Below are positions 35,576 through 45,287 of a stretch of DNA of 54,850 nt, piece after piece. This stretch comes from Nanobdellota archaeon (GTDB lineage: Archaea; Nanobdellota; Nanobdellia; Parvarchaeales; Parvarchaeaceae). Where the stretch lies: positions 1 to 54,850 of the forward strand of contig JAKAAW010000003.1 of assembly GCA_021802105.1 (NCBI GenBank). The letters are read 5' to 3'. Within the stretch, counting starts at the first letter, position 1. Each line of letters starts with the position of its first letter. The notes beneath the pieces are model-generated. The model was not told the DNA's origin and made no database searches. It saw only the letters and a list, made by a program, of their open reading frames with translations. A program made the translations under genes and the position numbers.

Positions 35576-36097
35576 TTATACCTTTGCTCCCACAGCTCCA
35601 TCGCTGTTCTGGTATTTCCCAGAGTATGCTCCCTTCACCTCACTCCTTGTAGTACTAAATACCAGATGCAAAAATCTTGTTCCCACTTCAATCTCTATAG
35701 GTACAGCGCCGCCGGACACACCAATTGTGAGATCTCCTCCATAACCTGCATCGACAATGGTAGGCGGGATAGAGATACCTAAACGGGCAAATGTAGATCT
35801 TAAGTTACAGAAACCTATAATATCATTTGGCATTTTGACTCTCTCTTTTATCTTTACTAATATCTTCTCATTCGCATTAAGAACGAAACTGCCGCTCACT
35901 TTTTCCTTCTTGGATATTGCTGCAACAGCATCCTTATCGGATATTTTTATGGTACTGCCCATATCAGCGAACCTTATTATCTCATCACCTATTCTTAAAT
36001 CTACGCCGTTCTCCCTTATCGTATCCTCTGACAAAGGTATTATCCCTAGTTTACCCTGCTCTAGGTACTCTTTTATGTCGCCGTTTCCGAGTATCAT
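35576..36097 (-). CDS. dcd: dCTP deaminase (dUTPase-fold)
   Basis: It starts MILGNGDIKEYLEQG.. at the canonical family start. The ORF-track start at 36181 adds 28 residues that lie inside the repeated upstream module. Confidence 0.8.
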   Translation of the reverse strand: MILGNGDIKEYLEQGKLGIIPLSEDTIRENGVDLRIGDEIIRFADMGSTIKISDKDAVAAISKKEKVSGSFVLNANEKILVKIKERVKMPNDIIGFCNLRSTFARLGISIPPTIVDAGYGGDLTIGVSGGAVPIEIEVGTRFLHLVFSTTRSEVKGAYSGKYQNSDGAVGAKV

Positions 36098-36104
36098 ATT
36101 GTTA

Positions 36105-36250
36105 CATCCTCTATGAGTGGATTTATGGGCTTCATCAGAGCGTATAGTTCCCGCTCCTCTGGATACAGTCTGAATTTGCATGCTGTCAGCATATTGTTAT
36201 TCTGCCTCTCCTGCTATTTATGTTTTCCATTCTTTCAGTCCGCTTTCATC
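36105..36250 (-). repeat. Copy 2 of the promoter-plus-short-ORF module (partner 30873..31045)
   Basis: See copy 1. It lies immediately upstream of the dcd start. Confidence 0.9.
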
Positions 36251-36326
36251 TCATCTATAGAGAGTCTGGGCTTTCATGCTCACGTCGATAAAATATTTTC
36301 TATAGTAATCCCAAAGTATCGCAAAA

Positions 36327-37046
36327 ATGAAATATAGCGGCAAAAACTTAAAAGATTTATACTTGGCTGAATCTAATAAGTATATGGAGTATAGAGGTGT
36401 GAAAATAGAGTGGTTACACCACAATTGCTTCAGGATTACCGGTAAAACCAAGGTAATCTATACTGACCCGTATAAAATTACGGGTAATTACAACGATGCC
36501 GATTTAGTTCTTATAACACATGACCATTATGACCATCTGGATCCAGATAGTCTGAAAAAGGTGTTGTCAGAGTCAAGCGAAATAATAGCGCCTACGGACT
36601 GCAAAGAAAAGCTAGCGCAGTTCTCTAATAGAAAAATCTTAGTAGTCCCATTTGAGGTAAAAATAGTGGATGATGTTACAGTAAAAACGGTACCATCATA
36701 TAATACAAACAAATTTCGTTCTGGAAAAGAAGTCTTTCATCCTCTGCAGAAAGGAAATGTAGGATACGTGTTTATAGTAGACGGCGTCCGTTTTTATATA
36801 GCTGGAGACACTGACTTCATAAAAGAAATGAAGGACATAAAGACGGACGTAGCTCTTTTGCCGGTTAGCGGGGTATATGTTATGACGTATGATGAAGCGG
36901 CCGAAGCAGCGATTACGATAGGCGCAGCACTTACTATACCTGCACATTACGGATCTGGTATAGGCACAGCAAAAGAAGCTGAAGAATTTAAGAAACTTTT
37001 AGGTGACAGATTAAAAGTTGAGATACTTAAATCATCGGAGAAGTAA
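36327..37046 (+). CDS. Metallo-beta-lactamase-fold hydrolase
   Basis: LITHDHYDHLD (HxHxDH) and ..YIAGDTDF... Confidence 0.7.
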   Translation: MKYSGKNLKDLYLAESNKYMEYRGVKIEWLHHNCFRITGKTKVIYTDPYKITGNYNDADLVLITHDHYDHLDPDSLKKVLSESSEIIAPTDCKEKLAQFSNRKILVVPFEVKIVDDVTVKTVPSYNTNKFRSGKEVFHPLQKGNVGYVFIVDGVRFYIAGDTDFIKEMKDIKTDVALLPVSGVYVMTYDEAAEAAITIGAALTIPAHYGSGIGTAKEAEEFKKLLGDRLKVEILKSSEK

Positions 37047-37388
37047 TATTAATACTAAATATTTTAAAATTAATAACCCGCCAAGTAAAAAAGGATGAAT
37101 AAAATAGCTACTTGAGGAAAGCTGCTGACCCATGAGGACTCTACTCCTTTGTATGCTGCCCAGATTTTGATAATGGACTTTTAAGTGAGTTTTAACTCTT
37201 TTTCGACCTTGGGGGTTAACGGCTACTCATTGACGATAAAAAAGGTTTCTTGTACAGATTCAAGAGAATGGACTATGTGAAGAGTGTTTGAGTTTCATGA
37301 TAATTCTACAGCGGCCAGAAAAAGAATAGGAAGATGTTTTCAGACCTGTGTAAATGCTCTGGAAGCCTTCTATGGGGGATTAACAAGA

Positions 37389-37396
37389 TTTATATA
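37389..37396 (+). promoter_or_regulatory. TATA box TTTATATA, 24 nt upstream of the S8e ATG
   Basis: It has consensus-like sequence and the same spacing seen at other genes in the window. Confidence 0.5.
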
Positions 37397-37420
37397 CTTA
37401 CTAAATTATAAGATACAGAT

Positions 37421-37807
37421 ATGTCGAAAAGTACAGCGCCGAGTCTTAAGAAATTAGGAGGCGGTTTCAAGGGAAAGAGAAGGGATAAAAGGAAAAGCGA
37501 GACCATAGCAACGACCATACCCGTACAGGTCGGAGACAATGATAAGCGTGGTTCTGTAAGAACCCTTGGGGGTAACAAAAAGATAAGATTGCTTCGCGTT
37601 AAAACTGGGAACTTGTTTGATCCATTAAAAAAAGAGTTCAGCAAAGTAACGCTAATAAGAGTTATTGAAAACAAATCGAACAGATCCTACGCTAGAAGAA
37701 ACATAGTAACAAAGGGTTGCGTGATCGAAACATCGTCCGGTAACGCCATGGTTGTTAACAGGCCTGGACAAAGTGGACAGGTCTCCCTTATAAAACTGGA
37801 AAAATAA
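37421..37807 (+). CDS. rps8e: Ribosomal protein eS8
   Basis: 128 aa with ..KRGSVRTLGGNKKIRLLRVKTGN.. and ..GNAMVVNRPGQSGQV... Confidence 0.85.
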   Translation: MSKSTAPSLKKLGGGFKGKRRDKRKSETIATTIPVQVGDNDKRGSVRTLGGNKKIRLLRVKTGNLFDPLKKEFSKVTLIRVIENKSNRSYARRNIVTKGCVIETSSGNAMVVNRPGQSGQVSLIKLEK

Positions 37808-37882
37808 GCACAACCTGCTAAATAGGGTTTTTATGAAAAGATTTTATATTGTACACTGCACATAAGAGTTCATAGAAAGCAT

Positions 37883-40153
37883 ATGAATCCTAATCTAAAT
37901 GATTTTGACCTGTGGATAAAGCATAATCGAAAATATATAATTCTAGTTTGGGTTATGGCGTTCCTTATAGCCGCGCCATTTGCAGCAAATCTGTTCAGTA
38001 TAGTATCTTATAATGTGACGGGTGGGAATTCAAGTGCTATAAACGCTACACATACACAGGCAATCGTGTTCACAAACCCTAACTTATTATCTAATAATTC
38101 AAAGCTGATGTTTGAAAACTTAAGTAGCACTTATGCTAAGACCGGGTTTACCTCAGTGTATTCTGTTGAGTTTTTGCTTCTAAATTCTACTTACAATGCA
38201 ATAATTTCTCAGGCACATATAATAGAATCAGCATTATACGCTGCTAATAATATAACTGCACAGGATGTGAGCCCATCACTGAATTATACAATACATAGGG
38301 AAGCTATCTTCAAGATATATTCAGGCTTGAACTCATCGGATAACCTAAAACCAGGACCCACACTACTTTCATTCGTATCTGACTCGGTAAACGGGTACAA
38401 CAACGCGACTCCTGAGTATATATTCAATACATACAATTTCCCACACTACCCTGTAATGCCCACAAACGGCACCATGCTTACGCTTATCAACGCTGAGCAC
38501 AACGCTGCTATAGCCGTCGTAAATACTTCTAATTACACTGCTGTTTCTAGCACAATCGGCAGGATAAGCGGCTTTTTCAACACCCACTCGTATGTAACGG
38601 GATCCAGCGCGCTTACTGGCAGTATAAAATCCAGTACACAAACTGGGACAACCATCGCGATAATGATAGGGATCTTAATCGCAATAATAGTTACAGGGTT
38701 CATATTTAGATCTCCTGTAGCCGCATTTGTACCTCTACTTATATTCGGCGTGGACCTTACTATCGCTTACGCGATATTTTTTGCTATTTTCAGATTCATA
38801 GCTGATAAGAGCGTATCTTTTTTCGATCCTGCTATAACATCCATCTTGATGCTAGGTTTGTCAACAGATTATATAGTGTATATACTTTATAGATACCGAC
38901 AGGAGAGGGGTTATGGCGTTACTTCGCGGAAGGCGGCCAGCCTCTCTCTCAAATGGGCAGGAGGCGCTGTTCTTATCAGTAGCATAACCATAATAAGCGC
39001 CTATATCGTATTGTACGCGTTTAACATGGCATTTATAGGGAGTTCTGGTGCGATGAATGCCGTCGGCATAGGAATAGTTCTACTCTCGGCGCTTACACTG
39101 CTGCCTTCTATGATATACTCTGCAGGAGACAGATTGATATACCCCCACAAAGGGAGACGCATTCGTGACGGAAAGTTTTTCAGAAGTCTGGCTAGGCTAG
39201 ACCAAAAAAACAGTAAAAAATTCATAGTCATATTCATAGTGGTTGCACTCATATCTGCTTACATATTTATAAGTGTCTCCTCTGGATTCGATTTCTTGGG
39301 CCTTCTTCCCAATTCGCAAGCCAAATCTGCGTTCTATGTTTCAACTTCTAATTTCGGATTCGATGTTCTTGATCCTATGATCCTGACCATAACGAACGCG
39401 AACGCCTCCAGCACAGCAACGCTGATAAGTGGGCTAGATAATATAAGCGGTGTATACACCACTGTCCCAGGGGCCAATGCCAGGACTTTTAACGTTTATC
39501 TAAAGTCCAACGGATTCTCAAATGGGGCCCTATCTACATATAATAAGATGATTTTTTATCTGTCCTCCTCAAATGTTAGCTACAGCCTTGTCGGATTGCA
39601 GTCTTTCCTCGGAGATTCTCTGAATTCTTTCGCAAGAGATATCCCGTTACTGGTGACTGTGTTGGGGATAGTCATATTTTTTATACTATTAATTCTGCTT
39701 CGCTCGATCTTTACGCCGCTTCGGCTTATACTTATGCTTATGGCAATCGTTCTTATAGCAAATGCCATCACAGTGGGCATATTCTATTTTGTATTTTCAT
39801 TTCCTATTATCATAATAGCACAGGTTTTCCTGATAATAAACATAATGGGTGTCGGAGTGGACTATGACATATTCCTTGTTCTTAGGATAAGAGAACATGT
39901 AAGAAAGGGATTGAGTACCGAGAAAGCGATAGAAGAGGGACTAGTTAAAAGCGGACCGGTTATAATAAGCATAGGCGTTATACTTGCAACTGTGTTCCTA
40001 TCTCTTATATCCAGTGGGATACCTCTTCTTGCAGAGGTAGGATTCATGGTTGGAGCTGGTATACTTCTTGATACATTCCTGTCTATATTGATAATAATCC
40101 CGTCCTTCATGTTTATAATATCAAAATATAATTGGTGGCCGTCCAAAAACTGA
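37883..40153 (+). CDS. MMPL/RND-superfamily membrane transporter
   Basis: 756 aa. Two 5-6 TM bundles each carry the MMPL signature (GLSTDYIVYILYRYRQE and GVGVDYDIFLVLRIREH), and each follows a large extracytoplasmic Asn/Ser/Thr-rich loop. Confidence 0.75.
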   Translation: MNPNLNDFDLWIKHNRKYIILVWVMAFLIAAPFAANLFSIVSYNVTGGNSSAINATHTQAIVFTNPNLLSNNSKLMFENLSSTYAKTGFTSVYSVEFLLLNSTYNAIISQAHIIESALYAANNITAQDVSPSLNYTIHREAIFKIYSGLNSSDNLKPGPTLLSFVSDSVNGYNNATPEYIFNTYNFPHYPVMPTNGTMLTLINAEHNAAIAVVNTSNYTAVSSTIGRISGFFNTHSYVTGSSALTGSIKSSTQTGTTIAIMIGILIAIIVTGFIFRSPVAAFVPLLIFGVDLTIAYAIFFAIFRFIADKSVSFFDPAITSILMLGLSTDYIVYILYRYRQERGYGVTSRKAASLSLKWAGGAVLISSITIISAYIVLYAFNMAFIGSSGAMNAVGIGIVLLSALTLLPSMIYSAGDRLIYPHKGRRIRDGKFFRSLARLDQKNSKKFIVIFIVVALISAYIFISVSSGFDFLGLLPNSQAKSAFYVSTSNFGFDVLDPMILTITNANASSTATLISGLDNISGVYTTVPGANARTFNVYLKSNGFSNGALSTYNKMIFYLSSSNVSYSLVGLQSFLGDSLNSFARDIPLLVTVLGIVIFFILLILLRSIFTPLRLILMLMAIVLIANAITVGIFYFVFSFPIIIIAQVFLIINIMGVGVDYDIFLVLRIREHVRKGLSTEKAIEEGLVKSGPVIISIGVILATVFLSLISSGIPLLAEVGFMVGAGILLDTFLSILIIIPSFMFIISKYNWWPSKN

Positions 40154-40154
40154 T

Positions 40155-40916
40155 ATGAATATCCTGAAAAGACTATTTGCAAAAGAGGATGAGAAGACAA
40201 TAAAGACGATAAAAAATGAGGATGATACACTGTCAGTTGCAGAGAATAATGAGGAGATTACGCTCAAGATAAACAATATAGTGTATTCAAGGCTTAACAA
40301 AAAATCGTTGTATACAGGATCGTACTGGGATTACTTTGCGCCTTTACCGATGCTATACCCCCACCCAAAGATAGCTATGATAGGCCTTGGAGGAGGAACT
40401 ATACTATACCAGCTGACGCACCTCTATAAAAAAATAAATATTGATGCGATAGAGATAAACACTTCTATGGTAGAACTATCAAAGTTTTTCCTGCGTGAAA
40501 AATTAAAGAATGTAAACATAATCACAGAGGACGGCTCGAAGTATATCAAGAGGATAAAAGATGGTTATGATATTCTGATATTGGACGCGTATGAGAGGGA
40601 TCACATACCTGATGTGTTCCTTAAGGAGAAGTTTATAGAGGACGCTTTCAACGCGTTAAAGGATGATGGAGTTATGGCTATAAACTACGCTTTGAACCTT
40701 TCCGCTCTTGTTTATCTAGATAGATACACCGCAAAATTGAAGAAACTGTTCAATGTATACACAATAAATAACCCCTTCACATCTGGTAACATGATAATAT
40801 TATGCTCCAAAAAATTTGACAGAGACCAATTACTCCAAAAAATAAGTGCTAACTTCAAGGAGACTGGAGAGAGCAGGAGTGTTATGATAGGGTATAGAGA
40901 TATGAGTCCAGCATAG
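40155..40916 (+). CDS. Spermidine-synthase-like SAM-dependent transferase
   Basis: IAMIGLGGGTILYQL, IDAIEINTSMVE, ILILDAY. It starts 1 nt after the MMPL stop. Confidence 0.55.
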   Translation: MNILKRLFAKEDEKTIKTIKNEDDTLSVAENNEEITLKINNIVYSRLNKKSLYTGSYWDYFAPLPMLYPHPKIAMIGLGGGTILYQLTHLYKKINIDAIEINTSMVELSKFFLREKLKNVNIITEDGSKYIKRIKDGYDILILDAYERDHIPDVFLKEKFIEDAFNALKDDGVMAINYALNLSALVYLDRYTAKLKKLFNVYTINNPFTSGNMIILCSKKFDRDQLLQKISANFKETGESRSVMIGYRDMSPA

Positions 40917-40928
40917 CAAACAATCAGT

Positions 40929-42443
40929 ATGTCTATAAATTTCACGCGTGCAATCAATTTCCGTAGTGATATGAGAACAGCACCTAAATTCAAAGAGCCT
41001 AATTTCACGAAGGTGACAGATAATATCTGGGACGTTGATAAGAGTTTTAAGGAAGGTATGAGAGTACCTGCTAGAATATACTCAACAGAAAGACTTCTTA
41101 AGAATATGGATCTTCAAGTCTTTGACCAAGCGGCCAATATAGCCATGATGCCAGGTATAGAAAAGTATGCATTTGTAATGCCAGACGGGCACAGTGGGTA
41201 TGGAAGTCCTATAGGAGGGGTTGCAGCCTTCGATGTAGATAGAGAGGGTGTCATATCGCCTGGTATGGTTGGTTTTGATATAAACTGTGGGATGAGACTG
41301 ATCCTTACAGACCTTACTCTCAAGCAAGTGAGACCAAAGATAAAGGAATTGACTGATAATCTATTCAAGAGGATACCTGCAGGGGTCGGAAGTAAGAGCA
41401 GTCTGGTCCTAAACAGAGATGACTTCAAGGAACTATCAGAAGAAGGGGCGAGATGGGCGATCAAGAAAGGTTATGGATGGAAAGAGGATTTGGATGTTAC
41501 TGAGTTAAATGGAAAAGCAGACTGGGCTGATAACTCAAAGATATCTGAGAAAGCAATAGAGAGAGGTATGAAACAGATAGGTACTCTCGGTTCAGGCAAT
41601 CACTATCTCGAAGTACAGTACATTAAACCTGAAGACATAAAGAATAAGGCTCTCGCCAAGAAGTGGGGTGTCTTCCCTAATCAAATAGTCATTATGTTCC
41701 ATACCGGATCCAGGGGGGCTGGCCATCAGATAGCAAGTGATTATACACAGTCATTTCTTGAAGTTATGGATAGTAAATACCACATAAAAGTAAACGACCG
41801 GGAGCTGGCTTGTGCTCCTTTCAACTCCAAAGAAGGCCAAAACTATTATGAGGCAATGGGCTGCGGCGTTAACATAAGCTTTGCCAATAGACAGCTGATT
41901 TTGCATAAGATAAGGGAGGCTTTTTCCGAGGTGTTCAAGAAAGATGCTGAAAAGCTCGGTATGCACCAGTTGTTTGATATAGCTCATAATAGGGCTTCGT
42001 TGGAAAGACATAAAATCGATGGAGAGATTAAAGAGCTACTTGTCCATAGAAAAGGTAGCACGGGTTCTTATCCTCCTGGAAGGAAAGAGATACCGAAAAA
42101 GTTCAGAGAGGATGGTTCTCCTGTGATAATAGGGGGCAGTATGGAGACCGGATCTTATCTTATGGTTGGCGGGCCAAATGCACCGGAGACGTTCGATTCT
42201 ACAGCGCATGGTAGTGGAAGAACTATGAGCAGAACTAAAGCTAGAGGTATGGTTAAAGGAAAGGATCTATTTGAGAAGATGTTACGAAACGGCATCTACG
42301 TGAAAAGCGTCTCGTGGTCAGGTCTAGCAGAGGAAAGTGCGGAAAGCTATAAGGATATAGATGAGGTTGTCGATGCAGTTGACTCTGCAGGTCTATCGAA
42401 GAAAGTGTCCAGATTCACGCCACTCTCGAATGTTAAAGGATGA
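40929..42443 (+). CDS. rtcB: RtcB RNA 3'-phosphate ligase (tRNA splicing ligase)
   Basis: 504 aa with ..MPDGHSGYG.., ..GFDINCGMR.., ..GSGNHYLEVQ.. and ..HGSGR... Confidence 0.9.
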   Translation: MSINFTRAINFRSDMRTAPKFKEPNFTKVTDNIWDVDKSFKEGMRVPARIYSTERLLKNMDLQVFDQAANIAMMPGIEKYAFVMPDGHSGYGSPIGGVAAFDVDREGVISPGMVGFDINCGMRLILTDLTLKQVRPKIKELTDNLFKRIPAGVGSKSSLVLNRDDFKELSEEGARWAIKKGYGWKEDLDVTELNGKADWADNSKISEKAIERGMKQIGTLGSGNHYLEVQYIKPEDIKNKALAKKWGVFPNQIVIMFHTGSRGAGHQIASDYTQSFLEVMDSKYHIKVNDRELACAPFNSKEGQNYYEAMGCGVNISFANRQLILHKIREAFSEVFKKDAEKLGMHQLFDIAHNRASLERHKIDGEIKELLVHRKGSTGSYPPGRKEIPKKFREDGSPVIIGGSMETGSYLMVGGPNAPETFDSTAHGSGRTMSRTKARGMVKGKDLFEKMLRNGIYVKSVSWSGLAEESAESYKDIDEVVDAVDSAGLSKKVSRFTPLSNVKG

Positions 42444-42444
42444 T

Positions 42445-42876
42445 ATGGGATACAGATTCATTGAAGACATAGCTATAGCTGACATCGCGTTTGAGGCATC
42501 TGGTAAGGATATTAATGAACTTTTTGAATATTCTGCGTACGCACTGGAAAACACTATGGTTAAAGATCTAAAAAGTATAAAGCATGAAAGCACAAAAGAA
42601 TTCAAAGTAAATGCAAAGAATCTGGATATACTCCTAGTACAATTCCTTGATAGGCTGATCTTTTACAAAGACACTGAGCAGTTAGTGTTCGCTGAAGTTA
42701 ATGTTAACGTGGAAAAAAGCGGTGAAGGTTATGAAGCACACTGTAGTGCGATGGGGGAAACGCTTGACTCTGAAAGACACAGTTTACTTGTCGACGTTAA
42801 AGCAGTGACTATGCACATGCTTTATGTTCGCAAGGAAGAAGAAACTTGGAAGGCTATGGTGGTGCTGGATATATGA
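42445..42876 (+). CDS. Archease (RtcB activator)
   Basis: MGYRFIEDIAIADIAFEASG... through ..VKAVTMHMLYV... It starts 1 nt after the rtcB stop. Confidence 0.8.
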   Translation: MGYRFIEDIAIADIAFEASGKDINELFEYSAYALENTMVKDLKSIKHESTKEFKVNAKNLDILLVQFLDRLIFYKDTEQLVFAEVNVNVEKSGEGYEAHCSAMGETLDSERHSLLVDVKAVTMHMLYVRKEEETWKAMVVLDI

Positions 42877-43994
42877 AGAGAGGAATCTCTATTCATTACG
42901 GTGAGATAGCCCTTAAAGGGAAACTCAGGTCAAGATTCGAAAAGATGCTGATAAACAATATAATATACGGTACTGGTTACAAACCTGCTACAGTCGAGAA
43001 CAGGCTATTCATAGATAACCAAGACGACAGCACTGTAAACAAGCTGACACTTACGCCTGGTGTTTCGTGGACCGGAAAATACATTATGATCGAAAGAGAT
43101 CAGGACTCCCTAGAAAAAACTCTTAATGAGATAATCAAGGACCCTGGACAACCTATAAATTTAGATGTAAAAAGGATAGATAAGAATTTTGAGAGCACTT
43201 CATTGGATATTAAGCAGAAGATCCTTAAGGACATGCATATACAACTCTCTTCAACTGGACCAAAGATACGTGTAGAGATAATGAAAGATAGCTTCATAGT
43301 AAATTACGATATAAAAAGAGGGATTGGCGGCGTTCCATCCGGCAGTGCTGGAAGGGTCATATCACTGTTCTCTGGCGGAATAGACTCGGCGGTAGCCCCA
43401 CTCGAAATGATGAAAAGAGGCTGCAATGTCGATCTGCTGCATGTTTATGCAGTCGCCACAGACGCCCAAGTTCTTGAAAGCAAAGTTGGTGAGATAGCAA
43501 GGAATTTATCCTTCACGGCACCCCTTAGGCTTTACATGGTGCCTTTCCACATATTCAATCTAAAAGTAATGTCAATAAACCCAAGATATGAGCTTGTTAT
43601 GTTCAAAAGATTTCTTTTGAAACTTGCAGATGGACTATGTTCACTGTATGGTTACAAAGGGATAGTTACTGGTGATTCTCTATCACAGGTTGCTTCACAA
43701 ACTCTTGATAATATAAGCGCCATAAGCTATGGCATAGATGTACCTGTCTTCAGACCGCTGTTATCACACAACAAAGAGGATATCATTGATAAAGCAAAAA
43801 TGTATGGCACATATGAGTCCTCTATAAAGAAATACAAGGACTGCTGTTCTATAGTATCTAAAAAGCCGCTAACCACGGCGTCAAAAGAGAAGGTTTTAGA
43901 ATTTGAAAAAGAACTTTATCTTGACGCGATAGTAAAAGAAAGCCTCTCAAAAATAAGTGTGAAGAAGTTTGATTCGGCTATGATAGATAAGTAA
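42873..43994 (+). CDS. thiI: ThiI-type tRNA sulfurtransferase (THUMP plus PP-loop)
   Basis: The PP-loop is SLFSGGIDSAVA. It starts with GEIALKG.. and has an ATGA overlap with archease. Confidence 0.8.
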   Translation: MKRGISIHYGEIALKGKLRSRFEKMLINNIIYGTGYKPATVENRLFIDNQDDSTVNKLTLTPGVSWTGKYIMIERDQDSLEKTLNEIIKDPGQPINLDVKRIDKNFESTSLDIKQKILKDMHIQLSSTGPKIRVEIMKDSFIVNYDIKRGIGGVPSGSAGRVISLFSGGIDSAVAPLEMMKRGCNVDLLHVYAVATDAQVLESKVGEIARNLSFTAPLRLYMVPFHIFNLKVMSINPRYELVMFKRFLLKLADGLCSLYGYKGIVTGDSLSQVASQTLDNISAISYGIDVPVFRPLLSHNKEDIIDKAKMYGTYESSIKKYKDCCSIVSKKPLTTASKEKVLEFEKELYLDAIVKESLSKISVKKFDSAMIDK

Positions 43995-44186
43995 CTTCTA
44001 CTATTTTAGCCGCTCCTCATAAATATCAGCTATAACTGCATGTTTCAACATCACGGCGGATATACGTTGCGTTAACTATTATCTTTTATTATCTCCGCTA
44101 GCTTTTGGAACGCTTTGTTTGATATATGCACTTCTTCATAAAGGTAGGGCATGCAAACAGAGTTACAAATAGTCTCCGCAAAGGAG

Positions 44187-45005
44187 TTATTCTCTTATCC
44201 CATTAAGTCTTGAGTAGTTGTATAGGAATAACTGCGCGTAACCGGAGTATCTGCCAAAGTACCTTATCATCATCTCTCTTTTTGCTCTGTAACTTTTCGC
44301 GTCTTTTATTATGTGGGGATAATAGTTTTTTACGATCCTTAACATCCACACATCCATAGGAAAAGCCTGCAAATCGTGAAGTCCGTAAAGGAGTATGCAA
44401 TCCAAAACCTTTTCGCCAACGCCTTTTATCCCCAAAAGACGCTCTTTAATGTCATCAACAGGCATGGATTCATTTATATTGTGTTTGGAAAAGTTCTCTG
44501 CGGCAGACATGACAAACTTCGTCCTAAACCCTAGTTTGAAGTCTCTTAGCGCGCTTATCCCCCTATCGTATACTTCCAAAAAACTTGGGAAGTTATACAC
44601 CTTCATTCCCCCGAAATCCTTAACTTCTCCGTAAAATTCCGACATTGCAGATATTCTCCTTTGGATTAATGGAATATTGGACTGTATAGAAAGTATAAAC
44701 CCAAGAGTTGTAGGCCACAGATGATCGTTTATGACCCTCAACCCTCCAGAATACTGTATGGCCTTGTCTAGAAAGTCGTCCTTGTCGAGCTCTATTTTTA
44801 TTGAGGTTATATCATCCGATAAGCCAAGTCTTATTTTTATTTCTGACTCGCTGCAGCCATAATATTCTATCTTATCACCAATCTGGCGTGCTCTGATAGG
44901 TTTGCCTACAAACGAAAACCAGTAATCTCCTACTCTCTTCCATGTGAAAGTTTGCCCTGACTTGAGGGTAGCGTCTAGAGAGAAGTCGGTCACCTGCATT
45001 TCCAT
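44187..45005 (-). CDS. ogg: OGG1-type 8-oxoguanine DNA glycosylase/lyase (HhH-GPD)
   Basis: An N-terminal ..LKSGQTFTWKRVG.. and the HhH ..LLGIKGVGEKVLDCILLYG...D.W... Confidence 0.65.
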   Translation of the reverse strand: MEMQVTDFSLDATLKSGQTFTWKRVGDYWFSFVGKPIRARQIGDKIEYYGCSESEIKIRLGLSDDITSIKIELDKDDFLDKAIQYSGGLRVINDHLWPTTLGFILSIQSNIPLIQRRISAMSEFYGEVKDFGGMKVYNFPSFLEVYDRGISALRDFKLGFRTKFVMSAAENFSKHNINESMPVDDIKERLLGIKGVGEKVLDCILLYGLHDLQAFPMDVWMLRIVKNYYPHIIKDAKSYRAKREMMIRYFGRYSGYAQLFLYNYSRLNGIRE

Positions 45006-45076
45006 ATTTTAAACTTAAACGAATAAGTTATATATAAGTGATAACTATATAGGTTTAAAAATTTCATAGGTGTTAT

Positions 45077-45171
45077 GCTGGGTTGGCTGAGCGGTTAAAG
45101 CGCTGGTCTTGAGAAGACTCAAGTAAACCAGTTTCCGAAAGGATGCGTAGGTTCAAATCCTGCACCCAGCG
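45077..45171 (+). tRNA. tRNA-Ser (TGA) with a 12-nt intron
   Basis: Acceptor GCTGGGT/ACCCAGC, discriminator G, anticodon stem CTGGT/ACCAG enclosing CTTGAG + 12 nt + A, a long variable arm, and T arm GTAGG-TTCAAAT-CCTGC. Confidence 0.8.
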
Positions 45172-45287
45172 TTTTTCCCTTACAGATTTTTTACGGTGAA
45201 AAGTTAAATTTTATAAAAAACTACTCGCTGATACGAAGGAAACTCTGTAGAATCTGCCATGAAAGAACGAAAACAGCGTGAAATGTT

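Noticed and set aside
35576-36181. The 201-aa version of dcd starting at 36181
   Set aside because: The extra 28 residues lie entirely within the duplicated intergenic module. The family-typical start MILGNGDIK is at ATG 36097, with a GAGG 9-10 nt upstream. The extended version is kept only as an alternative in a finding.
30873-36250. CRISPR array, MITE/IS element or C/D-box sRNA as explanations for the two-copy module
   Set aside because: There are only two copies about 5.2 kb apart, with no spacer periodicity. I see no terminal inverted repeats, target-site duplications or transposase. A UGAUGA occurs on the minus strand, but no properly spaced D, C' or D' boxes follow in either copy.
37068-37390. 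RNase P RNA assignment for the S8e upstream gap
   Set aside because: A P3-like hairpin followed by (G)AGGAAAG and a weak closing helix (TTAATAACCC / GGGGGATTAA) are present. I could not pair a P4 3' strand or find CR-IV/CR-V-like motifs, so the identity is unsupported without a covariance-model scan.
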